63,912 nucleotides of DNA, filler included, from Hyphochytrium catenoides (GCA_900088475.1; 10 parts of 10 records of this genome joined end to end with filler, not necessarily neighbours in it), one strand, 5' to 3'. Shown: positions 51,191 through 63,912, counted from the whole stretch's first letter. Notes: generated by a model not told the origin, from the sequence alone. Numbers and translations are program-made.

Positions 51191-51849
51191 AAGTGTGAGA
51201 GAGACGGAAGAGAGACAGAGTGCATACAGGAAAAGGAAGCGACAGAGACCAAGCAGAAATGTGGGAAAGCATCCGCGTAAGAAAGAGAGAGAGAGAAAGA
51301 GAAGACAAAAAGATTGAGAAGAAAGCCGGAAGAAGTTGTTGGTAACAGAAAGAGAGTGCAGCCAGGAAAGGATTAGAGTAGACCAGGAAGAGAGAGAGAA
51401 AAAAAGAGAAGGATAAAGAAAGAGCGCTAAAGGCAGGAACAGCTCTATGCGTAACGCTTTGTGAGACAGAGAGAAAGAGGGAGAGGGGACAGAGAGAAGA
51501 GAGAGAGAGAGAGGGAGAGAGAGAGAGAGAGAGAGAGAGTCAGAGACCGAGACAGAGAGGGAGAGAGAGGAGAGGCTGTTGAACGCCCCACAGTGACCAA
51601 GAGAATTGAGCTGGGCAGCGCTTCTGTTCTAAGTAGGGCCAGAGAGAGAGAGAGCATGCGAAGGAGAGAGAGCGAGAGAGAGAGAGAGAGAGAGAGAAGA
51701 AGAAGAAGGGGAGGGGGAGCAGCCGTGAAGGGGAGGGAGAGAGAGAAGAGAGAGCAGGGAACGAGAAGGAGAGAAAGAAGAGAGAGGAGGGAAAGAGAGG
51801 GAGAGAAAAGAGAGAGAGGAGGGAAATAGAAGGGGAGAGAAGGGGGCAC

Positions 51850-52016
51850 CTCATGAGTCTATCTGCATAAATCTTGAACTCTTTGGGCTGTGTCCTTTCA
51901 TCTCTCAGCGCGGTGAAGAGCCGCGCCACGGCCCTGGACTGGACGAGATGGAGAGAGGGAAACCGAGAAGAGAGAGACTGGAACAGTGCCTCTGATGCTG
52001 AACTCGAGTGCGCCAT
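51850..52016 (-). CDS. Uracil phosphoribosyltransferase-like, first exon only
   Basis: LHLVQSRAVARLFTALRDERTQPKEFKIYADRLMR followed by a GT donor; matches the UPRT N-terminal L-T-xRD...F..xxDRLxR motif. Downstream exons could not be identified. Confidence 0.75.
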
Positions 52017-52237
52017 CTCTCTCTCTTTCTCTCTCTCTTCTCTCTCTCTCTCTCTTGTTGATAGGCCCTGTCTTGTCTGCGGATGGAGAGAAGCGGGAAT
52101 GGACTGGATTCGGAGACGCTCCAAGAGCGCGAAGCTTGATTTGAGACTCTTCTCTGTGACCTCTGGCTGGCCTTACCCTGTCTTTCTCTCTCCTTCTCTT
52201 CTCTCTCTGTCTCTCTCTCTGTCTCTCTGTCTCTCTG

Positions 52238-52299
<62 letters not shown>

Positions 52300-52887
52300 C
52301 CTCCCACGATCAGAACCCTCACCTTGCTCCTACGATAAACGGATCCCACAACTTATTTCAAACAAAAAGCATTAGATTGATGTTGTAAGGAATAATACTA
52401 TTGTAATTTGGAATAGGTGAATATGGTGTCCCTTATTATGTCGCATTTGGTAAAGCTCCAGGAGTCCTCCAGGAGCCATGTAAGAGATGGCGTTTGGATG
52501 GAAGAGAGAAGCAAACCTTTGGAGCTTTTCTCTCTCTCTCTCTCTCTGACACCTTTCTTCCTTTCTGTCGCTTGCTGTCCCTCGTCTCTCCTCGCGTCTC
52601 TCTCCTTCCTCACCCCTCTTCTTTCCTCCTTTCGTCTCTTCTCTCTCCTGCACTTCTTTTCTTCTTACGCGGTTAGGGCTGGCTTCGTTGACTCAGCGTC
52701 AGAGAGGAGAGTTGCTCGAAAGAACCCGCAATATCACACAGATAACGGGCTTCTATCATTGACCACACACAGAGAGAGAGAGAGAGANNNNNNNNNNNNN
52801 NNNNNNNNNNNNNNNNNNNNNNNNNNNNNNNTTAATTAATTAANNNNNNNNNNNNNNNNNNNNNNNNNNNNNNNNNNNNNNNNNNNN

Positions 52888-55322
52888 CCCTTTCTCACCT
52901 TGCCAACAGGATAGCTGTCGTAGGGACTTCCACTCCTCTCAGTGCAATGACTATGTGGCTGATTATTGCCTTTACGCCGCCGATTCCATTCATAGAGGCT
53001 TCTGCAGCTACCTTAACTTTGCCACTGACCAAAGCCAGACCACCTGCGAGGCACCCCTCCCAGTGTTTATAAGGCAAGCCGACAGCATCATCCAGGTGAA
53101 ATGCTATGGGCAGCCCGAACCCCAAGACTCATTTTACATCTTCGGTGTCCGCCTAGGAAGGCGTCCGCTAACAGATGTGACGGTGAACTTCGCCAGTATA
53201 ACAGATCTTCTTCAGTCAAATAGTACACCTTTGACCTTCACATCCGCCAACTGGAATGTAACGCAAAACGTCACCGCCACCTCTACGTACCGGACAGTGG
53301 CTGGCGACGAGCTGATTGAATACGACTTGGTAAGCTTCCACGGGAGTTCCAGTGATCGACGGTATGAACAGGCACGCAGCAAGATGGTGCTCATTGTCGA
53401 AATAGTAGGTGACGTCAGCTCCCATCCTGGGCCGTCTTATATGTCACCGTATCGCAACATCCGGACACTAGAACTCCCGGAGTATAAAGCTTATGAGATT
53501 GGCGGCACTCCCGAACCTCTGAATTCTAACGATCTCACACTTTTCATCTTCGGTCCCAACTCAACGTTCTGCCTTGCTGCGGGAGATGTTGCAGAGAGAC
53601 ACTTCAAACTGGGTTTAAGTCTGAGGACACTTCCTGCCGCTGGTGCTATGCGTTTGCATGGTCTGAGTACAGGCTCCTCTCCTTCTCTGACGAGCTGGGA
53701 GAATGTTAATACCTCCTGGATCTACACGGAATGGTTGCGGTATCAGCCATGCCAAAATGCCACCATTATCACGGTTCGTACCATCTTCTTTTGTTGCCTC
53801 TCGTCTGCTTCCAAGATAGAGTTACACTCTCCTCTTTGTTCATAGTGAGTTCCTTGAGAACATGAACCACTCCTTCCACTGCTTTTGACTTGCCAATTCT
53901 CTTCTCGCCCGTTGAGATCTGCATGCTATTGTGAATGAAATTGCCTTAGCTGACATACCTGTCGTAGTTGGACATTCATAGGGACATCGCTATGACTTCA
54001 ACGTCTTATCGGATCGCTTCGTTCGAAGTTTATGAAAAGAATGTGACCAACGGCGCAATTGAAAAGGAAGTCGTCAGCTTCTTGTCGCCACCACCAGCCA
54101 GAGTATCAGACGCAATAAATTCTCGACTCATTATTGCCGAAGGGCCGCGAAACGGCTCTACTCTTTACCAGGGAGAATCTTATCTCCTCAAGCTGCAAAT
54201 TCGCATAGAGCCGGAAGCCACATTGATCGGGTCGGACTGCTATATGAATGTGGCAACTGAAAACAAGCTGGTAGGTTTTGATCTTTCAAGCCCAACAAAA
54301 AGTATTAATATATCGGCCTCGGCGGTCATCGGCTGGGTCAGTGTTGAGCTCGTTTTTGGTGTTCCCCTCTCGACCGAGCTGATGAAGCCAATGCACGTGG
54401 AGCGCCTCATCTTCACGCTGGACCCGAATTGCAGCGTTACTCAGTCCAGTTCATTTTCTGAGATCTCTTTGAGCTACTATATACAGTCAACGCATGACGC
54501 AGGAGCGGTCCAAGTTCGCGAAGTGACCTCTCCTTGGACGGCGATGTCTTTCATCCACGTGACAGTGCCAGCTCCTCCTACCTTTCCAATCTTTTTGATG
54601 CTAGGTCAACAGAACGGCACCTCTCTAGAGCCTCTAGTCCTAGACCCTAGAGATTCCAGATACTCACCCTATGGCCTCCATGGGACGGTTCTTACTGGCC
54701 ATTTCTGGCTCAGAACAGTTCGTTGGGCTGTGATGAAGAACAAGTCATCCTCCCTCCACTTGGATTTACTGATCTCTACGATGAAGCAGGGCTATCCCAC
54801 TGAGGACCTCAAGGTCAATAGGGCATTCTATCCTTATTTAGAACGGGCATGCCAGGCCCCGACGTTGGGGAAACTGACGGATAACGACTTAGAGGGCCTT
54901 CAAACGTGCCCTCTGCCGGATACTAGTCTAGGCGTCAACCCTTGCGCGACTGCAGTGTGCCAAAGACTATGTGTCGATGGATCCTGCAACCCCCTTAGCA
55001 CTCCGTGTCTGCTGCAAGTTGCTAGGTACTGTGCCTACCTAAACCAGTCTAGCCCTCATTGTCAGACACCGGTCACTAGGAACTTGGTCTCAGCTCTAAC
55101 AGATATCTCGACCAATTGCTCCCGCAGCATTGGAGTGCAGCCAGCAGGGCAGTATAGCATTGACCCTGTATTGGTGTTCACCGCTGGACTAATGGACGGG
55201 ATGATTGTGGACCATGGAGCCACAGTGACCCTGAGCTTCCATCTTAGCTCTCCACCTGTCTCCACTGTCAATGTTAAACTCTCTAGCGTCAAGGGAAAGA
55301 TGGCGGTTTTTGCACCAGCACA
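52888..55322 (+). CDS. Internal fragment of a large extracellular/surface protein with bacterial-like Ig/Calx-beta-type LTFTxxNW repeats and a Cys-rich segment
   Basis: Two long ORFs (52955-53845, 53968-contig end) joined by a probable intron at ~53774-53967. Motif VRLGRRPLTDVTVNF...PLTFTSANWNVTQNVTAT, a second unit starting LSFHLSSPPVSTVNVKLSS, many N-x-S/T sites, and a Cys cluster CATAVCQRLCVDGSC...C...YC...C. Confidence 0.6.
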
Positions 55323-55422
55323 NNNNNNNNNNNNNNNNNNNNNNNNNNNNNNNNNNNNNNNNNNNNTTAATTAATTAANNNNNNNNNNNNNNNNNNNNNN
55401 NNNNNNNNNNNNNNNNNNNNNN

Positions 55423-57676
55423 TGCTGTCGAAGATGTAGAGAGGACTATCGTCCACCTGGTCCTGTCCAAGGAGATAAAATGCAAGGAGAGAGACGAAAG
55501 AAGAGAGACGAGAGAATGAGAGAAGGATCAATTAGGGTTTCGGAATCAGAAAAAGACAAAGACTGAAGAGAGATTCGTGAGAGCAGTAGACTGGCCTAGA
55601 AAAACAAGGAAGAGACTGAAGAAAGAGACAGAGGGAGAGAGAGACGAAAGAGCAGATACGATGAGAGACGGACGGTGAGAAGTAGAAAGAAGAGGGAGAC
55701 ATGATTGGAAAGAGGGAGAAAGAGATAGAGACAAAGAAGAAAAAAAGGAGATACAGAGGAACGGATAAGGAGAGAGGGAGAGAGAGAGAAGAAAGGGAAG
55801 AGAGAGAGAGGGAGAAGCGAAGACACAGACAGAGAGAGAGTGCCAAAAGGAGTTGCTTTGATACAACCAGGAGAGACGCGGTAAAAGAGGAGTATGGACC
55901 TTCATGTACTTGAGGAAGTGCTTGAGCTTGACTCTGATGGTCTTGCCTTTATCATCCTCTCCGCACTTTAGCTCCGACTTCTTATACAACTTTTTCAAAT
56001 TCTGAAGACGAAAACGACGATGTCACATAAGAGAGAGAGAGAAGAGAGAACGGCACAGAGAGAGACAGAGAAGAAACGTGATAAAATAGAACGGGGAAGT
56101 CAAGACAGAGAGAGAGAGACAGAACACGACCACCAAGGAGTTTATCAGGCAGAACATGGAAGGCTGACCATTGAGAGGAGAATCCCAGCAACCGTAAATT
56201 CTTCCTGTCTCTCCCTTCCACTATCCCTGGAATAATCCTTTCTCTCTTCTCTCTCGGTCTGGTCCTCCCCTAACCTTTGCAATCTAATCTCTCTCCCCTC
56301 CCCCCCTCCTCTCTCTCTCTCTCTCTCTCTCTCCCACACACACACATTCTTCGCTCCCTTCTCTCGCTTTCCCGTCCTCCTCTGCTGACCTTCAGCGTCC
56401 AATTTGACAGAGCTGGCCAGTTCTGTTCCTGGGGCACTCCTTCTATAATGACGGGCTTATTCGGCCTCTCGTACTCCTCGGTGAACCGATCCACTGTGAG
56501 GTCCCGGGCGTGCTCGCGGCTGATGGGGATCCCGCAGGCATCTGATGAAGGGAGAGAAAGCAGCAACAGAGCAGAGAGAGAGAGAGAAAGAGAGAGAAGA
56601 GAGAGAGGGAGAGAGAGGATTTATAGAGAGAAGAAAGGAGTAGCAATGAGAGACCTAACCCTAACCCTAACCCTAACCCTAAGCAGATAGTACAAGGGAA
56701 CGTCAGACGAGAGAGTTGCGTGAGAACATAGATTGAGAGAGAAAGAGGTGAAAGCCTATTTGGAAAAAGAAAGAGAGAGAGAAGACACCGCATCAATGGA
56801 CCCCACTTACAATGTGAAAAGAGAGCTACTTCAAGGAGAGGATGACCAAGAGGTAGCCAGGGACAGAGAAAGGGAGAGAGAGAGAGAAAGAGAGAGCGAG
56901 CGAGCGAGGAAGATACCAGCAAAGCCTTCAGGTATGTCACAGATATCAGAACCTGCAAAGCCATCTTTCGTCCACTGATCCAGCTTCAAATCTGAGAGAG
57001 AAAAGAGCCCGTCAATGCTGTCCTAGTGTCTCTTTCTCTCTCTCCGACTTACCCCTCTCTCTGTCTGTCTCTCTTCCTGTCTCTCTCCTCCCTCTCTCCC
57101 AACTCCTCCCCCTTCTCCTTTCTCTCTCTCCCGTTAGTGTTGTTTCTAGTTTTCTCTCTCTTTCGTGTCTCTTTTCTCCCTTTCCCAAGCTGTTTCGGGC
57201 TCTCCTCTCTCAGCTGGGCTCCTGCTTCCCTGCTTCATAGTCGCCTATTTGTCTTCCTTCGCAGTCATCTTTCTTCTAAAACGCTTCTTTCCTTATTCTC
57301 CCTTCTTCCACTACCCTGTCACTTTGTTTTGCCTCAAACTTTCGCTGCTTCTCGGTTTCTGTCTCCGTCTCTCTTCTCTCTCTCTCTGTTTCTCAGTCTC
57401 CCTATCTCTCTGTGTGTGTGTGTGTGTGCCGCTCTCTCGCCCTCTTCTTTCTCTCTCTTGTATCACTGTCTTTCTCAATGGGCTTCCCCTGTTCTCTCTC
57501 TCTCTCTGCCAATGGCGCAGGGTGCTTCTGTCTGTCTGTGCTAAGCTCTCCTCACCTGAGCGGTGCTCTCTCTTGGCCCATTCAATCTTCTTTAGCGCCT
57601 TTCCATGCAATGACGGCCGCGACTGCTTGCGGTGCCGAGTGCTGGGATCATGCCGGGCATACTGACGAGCAGCCAT
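55423..57676 (-). CDS. JMJD6: JmjC-domain protein JMJD6/PSR-like, 3' truncated
   Basis: Exons: KALKKIEWAKREHRS / DLKLDQWTKDGFA / REHARDLTVDRFTEEYERPNKPVII...WPALSNWT / LKCGEDDKGKTIRVKLKHFLKYM / DDSPLYIFDS. Confidence 0.88.
56654..56682. repeat. Interstitial telomere-type repeat (CCCTAA), ~4.8 copies, in a JMJD6 intron
   Basis: cctaaccctaaccctaaccctaaccctaa. Confidence 0.8.
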
Positions 57677-58266
57677 CCTTCCTCTGTCTCTCTCTTTCTC
57701 TCTTTGCCTGTCTCTCTCTTTGTCTCGCCTCTTTCTACGTCCTCTGTTTTTTCAACGGCTTGTCGATGTCTCTCTGGCTGTGCAACAGGAGAAACTGAAG
57801 AGAAACGAAGAGTTTGCAAGGGAAGAGACGTTGTAGAGTGAAGGACAAGCCGGAGAGGATCGAGAGACTTGGGAGGACAGGGAAGAGAAGAGACAGGGCG
57901 TGGGGAAGCGAGAGAGAGAGAGAGAGAGAGAGAGAAGAGAGAGAGAGACAGAGAGAGAGAGAGAGACAAAGAGAGAGGGAGAGAGAAAAGAGCGAGAGAC
58001 AGAGAGAGAGAGAGAGACAGAGATGCCTCTCCTGTCCATCAACAAAAACTCTTGAGACTAGACACCTCACCAGGTGAAACCCGGGTTACCCTCATTACAT
58101 CACAACCTAAAAGGTAGCAGTAGTAGTAACATTTCATTTACTTATAACGCTTCCAAGATTGCCTATTACTACTTATGATAACAACGTGACCCTGATTAGA
58201 CCTGGATCTATCCATTGTGTGCTCCAAACAGAGAAGGTTAAGCTTAGACCTATATTAGCTGTATTG

Positions 58267-58398
58267 TTATATGGTTCTCTTGGGTTGGTGGTGCTGTGTG
58301 GCTTCATAGTCCGTCCGCAGCTCGGCCAGCGCCTCCGTCGTCAGAGGAATCGACAGAGCAATCTTAAAGAGAGACTTCGGGTCAACCTGGCCCAGGAA

Positions 58399-58467
<69 letters not shown>

Positions 58468-59726
58468 AAGGGAGAGAGAGAGAGAGAGGGAGAGAGAGAG
58501 AAAGGAGAGCACGTTATGCGCGAGTGGAAGAGACGGAGGGATTTAGAAACAGGAGAACTGTCTGAGGGGAGAGAACAGGATGAGAGGTACATCCCCAGCC
58601 TAGTTTTTGGCGGGAGTGAGATGGACGTAAGAGGAAGACTGAGAGTGGAGAGGGGGACACAAAGGGAGCAGTGAAAGAGAAGGAGAGAGGAGGTGAAGAG
58701 GACCCTAGGGGAGAATGTGGGAACACTAGGGCAACGGGGAGAGAGATAAGCATTGTCTACCGCGGTGGGCATCAAGCGAAAAACTTCCATAATCTTCTCA
58801 AAGTCTTTGCCTAAGAGCTCAGCTGCCAGGAGCGCCCAGTGAAGGAGAGAAGACGAGAGGATGCGATAAGGAAGAGGGCGAGGGGAGAAAGCGGCGGAAT
58901 GGGCACGGGGCACGGAGGAAAGGATGGAGGTAGGGGCACAAAGATAAACGAAGAGAGCCGTCGCAAGCAAACAGGAGTGTCCAGAGGAGAGAGAGCGAGA
59001 GCGAAGGGGAGAGAGGAAAACATAGAGAAAGAGAGAGGGAGAGAGAGGGGAAGAGAGAGAGAAAGCGAAAGAAAGAGAGGCACAGTGGGAACAAGCAACC
59101 AGAGAGTTCAACTTAGCACGACAAACGTTAAGGGAAAGTCAAGAATGACAGAACGCGAGACAACCATATAGCACGGAGAGAGGGAGACAAGCTGCGGTCA
59201 TTGACCCTCAGTGTCTCTCTACCCTTACCTTCCGCTATCTTGAGAAGTGCCAGCGCGACCCTAAAGACGATCTTCCATCCTTCGTGCAGGAAGATGTCCC
59301 ACACACGGACCACGATGTCGAAGGGAAAGCTGTAGGCGTACACAGTGATGAACCACTGACGAGTACAGACCGGAAAGGCGTGAACAGGGGCTGATAGAGG
59401 ATGTTTGTTCACCACCTCTCCGTCTCTCTCTCCCTCTCTCGCTCCCGCATTTTATCTCTCTGCCACTCTCCTCCTTCGCCCCTCCTCTCCCACTTCCTCT
59501 GGCGAGCGATGTTCAGCTGCCCTTCTCTCTCTACTCTTTCTTCTCGGCCATGTCTCTCCGTTCTCTACATTTGGCTGTCGATCTCCTCTGTTTTACTTTC
59601 TCTCTCTCGCTTCACTAAAGTCTCTCTCTTCGCTACTTTCGCTTTTTTTCCTATCTGACTCTTATTTGTATCGGTCTGCCGCATATGCTTGCTTCCTCCC
59701 TTCTCTCCCATCTTTCTCTCTCCCCG

Positions 59727-59763
<37 letters not shown>

Positions 59764-59810
59764 CACTTAGGCCTCACCTGTGAGGCGTACATGGTAGGAT
59801 GTACATTCTC
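58267..59810 (-). CDS. TBC-domain Rab-GAP (EVI5/GYP5-like), 3' part
   Basis: Exons: ENVHPTMYASQ / WFITVYAYSFPFDIVVRVWDIFLHEGWKIVFRVALALLK / ELLGKDFEKIMEVFR / VDPKSLFKIALSI...KRTI*. Confidence 0.9.
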
Positions 59811-61164
59811 NNNNNNNNNNNNNNNNNNNNNNNNNNNNNNNNNNNNNNNNNNNNTTAATTAATTAANNNNNNNNNNNNNNNNNNNNNNNNNNNNNNNNNN
59901 NNNNNNNNNNATTCATTTGGAGACCGTGTCAGTTACAGCAAGTAATAATGAAAAGAATTACGCCTGACGTTTTTATTTCGGCCTGCAGGCGATCAAATAT
60001 CGCCCCGAGAATCCTTGGCATGGTTTTACGCAAAAGAGAGACTTGGGAATATTGAAACCAGCAGTAGTGTTACTTAGAAGAATCCTTCTTCCTATTCATC
60101 AAGGAAGAGCAGGGCAAGAAGGAAGAAACGACAACAGGTGAAGAAGAGCGCCGCCTCCAGTAGCAGCAGCAGACAGCCTGCCATCCTTGTCTCCAGTACT
60201 ACGGGATTATTCTCTAAGAAGAAAGCGAGACACAAAGTCGCAGTGCGAGCTCCGGCAGCTATCATGGCGATGATCTTCTGATTGTCAGAAGAGTATTCTT
60301 CCAAAATATACGCCAGAGCAGCCGCCTATAGGGCGCAGCTTCCGGTGCAAGAATAGCGGACGTGCATCTACCGGTAATACCATCATAATGATAATCCTCG
60401 TTGCTGTTAGATGATAATAAGTGGTAAGCTGCTGGGCATCTGCCCTTTTCTGCATCATTGACTCATACTACTACGAGTTGCGACTAGTCTCTCTTCTATG
60501 TCTGGGTCACAATTGTTGCTTTCTCTCTTCTTGAAGGTATCTCTATTAATTGTTCATGTCATTTACCTACTCCTCCGCATCATATGATTTCTCCTACAGC
60601 AGCTTCGGCTCCGTCGTGCCATAAGCTTTTCTTTCTTCACAGAAAACTGCTAAAAGTTCCTGGATCTGAGCTACTTCGTTCCAAGGAGATGGTGTTTCTT
60701 ATCTTCTTGCTATGACCATTTTGCCTTCTGATGCCTTACTGAACAGCCGATAGCTCCAGCAGTCTGCTGTTTGACCGATAAGTAGAAAAGGCATCTGAGA
60801 TGTTCCTTTGCTGAAAGCAGTTGCAAGGAGACGACGACTTGTTTAGCTCGAGTTGAGGTTCGTTGTTGCAGCAACTACTACTGCTACTACTCCTATTCCG
60901 TCTTCTTCCATCTCGTACATCTTTAGTCTACCTGACCTGAAGTGCAGCACAGGGCGGCGTCACTTGTCCAGTCATATCCTTGGCTCGTATCAAGCAGACA
61001 TGATATGTCTTCTTAGTAGCATCCGCCCCACGCTGCAGCGAAGAAAAGATTCTCACTAGGTCCGGTTATCCTCATTGAGCCACCTCTTACTCCTGTCTTC
61101 CCGTACTACTGTTGTTTCAAGCAGGCTCTTCTTCTGGGTGGGTGGGGCTAGCTCGTGGAGCCTA

Positions 61165-63710
61165 TGTCTTTGAACGACGACAGCAAACCCAAGAACCAGA
61201 GCAGAGAGGGAAGCAAGCGATCCTCGTTGATTACCAAGAAGAGGTACCGTCAGACCCTGACCCTAAAGGATATTGATGCTGAGGGGCAGCACCACCGAGC
61301 AAGTCTACAATCACGTCCTACACACAGCCCTCGTGACACGAGGAGGAGCCGTGCGCATAGCGGTGGGCCCCCATTCCCGTTATCTCAACAACCAGAAGCG
61401 GTTGACGAGCACTTCTCCCAAACCACGATGATGGTGATGAATCACCACGACTTCAATGAATGCCATTCACAACCTTCTGCCCGATTCATAGCTACTAGTA
61501 GATCATCCCCCGCGGCGGCAGCAGTTATGCATCACCAGCAGCCAACAAATGCCTCCTCCCACATACTTGTGCCCGCGGGGTCAACAATTGCCATGCCGGC
61601 AACGGGTACCTTAGTTTATCGCCAGCATCATCAACAGCAACATCAGCGAGACCTTATCTATGGGACCGCCGCCACCACTAGTAGCGGCCACCAGGGAGGT
61701 AGTATACAGCAGCATCATCACCACCTTCAGCAGCAACAACAGCAGAGGCGGATTTATCAGCGATATGACGGTAAGTAGCCAGGCGGTTGGTCTTGCCTCG
61801 TTCTCTCCTCTCAAAACCGCGAATTAGTAGGATTCTCCTGCAGTTTATTCACTCCTCCTCCTCCTCTTCCTCCGTCACATCTATGAGTAGTTCTAAGTAA
61901 TGGAGGAGCTGCGGTCGCTCTCAATTCCTCGTCAACGACGCAAGGCGGTACAAGATTGAACGCCGTTAGTCACCCAAGCAACTTCCCCTCGTCATCAACC
62001 TCTGGTGGGTGGATCAACACAGCTGCTGTACGACGTCGTCCGCTGGTAGAAGCAAGCCCGATCCCGACTTCTCGCACCACCAACCAGCACGCTTTGTCAC
62101 AGCAGCCGTCAGAGGGTGGTGGACAAACGGACCCTTGTTTACTAAGTGGCTGCTCCAATTCTCAACAGAGTTTGATTAATGAGATTGTAGGTACTGAGGA
62201 GGTGGTGATGGAGGGGGAGCCAGAAAAGTCTATAGCAGGACAGGATGGGACATCCAAGAGCATGCATCAAGATGATGACCTTGGAATTGCCTCTTGCTAA
62301 AAATTACCATCGTATTTGCAGGGCCATTCTTCACAGTCCGAAAGGAGGATTATTATGGAAAGCCAACCCCTTACTGAAGCTACAAAGCATACAGGTACAA
62401 AGCTACATTCGGTGCTTATAATAGCTCATCATTGGGATGATAACATGTTTGGTGGGCTCGTCATTATCTTATCCTACTTGTAGCACTTAGCGGCGCTGTT
62501 AGTTGTCCTGATGAGAACGAGAAGAGCATTGCTACCCCGTTGCATAATGGTTGCCAACACTACTCCAAAGAGAATACAAGCGCATCGCAGCAGACGGCTG
62601 CACAACAGAACATTAGTTCCCAGCAGCAACAAGGCAGCACCTCTTCTATTAGTCTTCTTGAAACTCTGATGGACAGCAAACTCAAGAGCCTTGGTGCTTC
62701 TCTAGAGGCAGCAGCAGAAAATATAGTGAAGCGCCAATCTTCGTTGATGAAAGAGCTTCTCTGCGCGCATGAGACTAATCTAGAGGTGCTGAAGTCTCTA
62801 CTCAATAAGGTGTGTATATACTTACTCTGCATTCTAATTACGTCTATACTTCTCTATCTCCTAATTATTGTGCCGATCGGTCGCTCCATGGTAGTGAGAG
62901 TACGTTCCTCTCCTCCGTCCATCGAAACATATGCAACATGGTAAACCATGTTCTTCCTTTCTATAGGTCGAGAATCTCGCCCAACACCCAGCTCTTCCCG
63001 TGAAGGCCAGCATCTCAACCCAAACAGACGAGGAAGGGTATGCTCCACCGATTACTCCGTGTAGCAAAATAGGTCAGTCTCACAACCCTGGAGCCGCCGA
63101 AGACGAGCAGCAGCAGATCGTACTCTGGAGGTCTTCGACGACGACCAGTATGGATCTACTGGACGATGATATCTCTTTCCTACCTAGTGATGAGGGACAA
63201 CTTGCATGTCCTAGACGCACTATGGCAGCAGCACAAACTCTGGCCTACCTTCGGACGACAATAGAGCCACCCAACGCCAAGGAGCGTACATTTCTCCTCG
63301 CCTGCGGCCAATCGGCATACTTGAATGACGACGCTAATCTAGTTGATCTCGTGTCATCAGAAGACTCAACTTCTGGCACGGACGGAGATAATGAGCCTCT
63401 AACGCAAGTGGACATGGCCATCAAGAAGACACCAACGATAGATTCAAAGAAGACGGTCGCAAAGAAGCAGCAAAGGTATTAATTAGCCTGACCGCGCCAA
63501 TGCTTTCACCACAGCAAGTAAACTGACATGACCCTACGATGCTTGTTCTTCATGCTCCCTCACAGCAAGAAGAAGACGACAAGGACGAGCAAAGTTGCCC
63601 CAGCCAGACAACAGTCTTCAACGAAGAAGCAAAGCAAGAAACCCTCAGCTCCTCACCGCTCGCACCCGGTACGTGCGGCTCGAGAGTCATGGCTCGCTTC
63701 GTTGCGGTAG
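61165..63710 (+). CDS. Orphan, largely disordered Q/H/S-rich protein with basic C-terminus; multi-exon with short introns
   Basis: Chain of same-strand ORFs (61155-61778, 61956-62300, 62540-62944, 63000-63482, 63528-63710) separated by short GT...AG intervals, e.g. 61771-61890 in phase 1. No recognisable domain. Confidence 0.5.
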
Positions 63711-63912
63711 ATGATGAAAGAATGAAAACCTTCCTCCGTCTAATGATCACCCTTCCCTCTCTATCAGAAAAGAGCATAATAAGGAAGTCATGCATTTGTC
63801 TCTACTTCCTTCACTAGATCTCTTCTGCCTTTGTTTCTTAGTAGCGAGCCACCGTCTCGAATACTGCTACTCCTTCCGTCCTCAGCCCTCCTTCTAGGCC
63901 ACCGTCCTATGG

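Overview
Eukaryotic nuclear DNA, most likely a stramenopile/ochrophyte-type protist (inferred from gene content, e.g. an algal-type bHLH-PAS factor; not proven). The window is not one locus. It is ten contigs joined by artificial N-TTAATTAATTAA-N spacers (about 7426-7526, 21850-21949, 27675-27774, 47192-47292, 49453-49552, 51043-51142, 52788-52887, 55323-55422, 59811-59910). Most contigs have introns and intergenic DNA saturated with (GA)n/(CT)n microsatellite, so the great majority of six-frame ORFs are spurious. By manual GT-AG splicing I recover: a peroxisomal (SKL) carnitine acetyltransferase; a spliced receptor-like gene with two tandem bacterial-type sugar periplasmic-binding domains followed by an LNR repeat and a GCC2/GCC3-like Cys-rich stalk (top finding); an intronless bHLH-PAS factor; a PRELI-like protein; a secreted Gly/Ser/Ala-rich protein; an ~11-kb UVR coiled-coil gene with six tepsin-type LFxG[ML]x[LV] motifs; a PFA-DSP/Siw14-type phosphatase; tRNA-Arg(UCU); fragments of an RPUSD2-like pseudouridine synthase, UPRT, JMJD6 and a TBC Rab-GAP; a surface protein with bacterial-like Ig repeats; and an orphan Q/H-rich gene. 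Non-coding signals include a 42-bp near-perfect hairpin, a direct plus inverted repeat cluster, a probable PIF/Harbinger end, an intronic telomere-type repeat, and a recurrent 5'-(GA)n...(CT)n-3' self-complementary intron architecture. All family calls come from motif recognition by eye; no searches were run.
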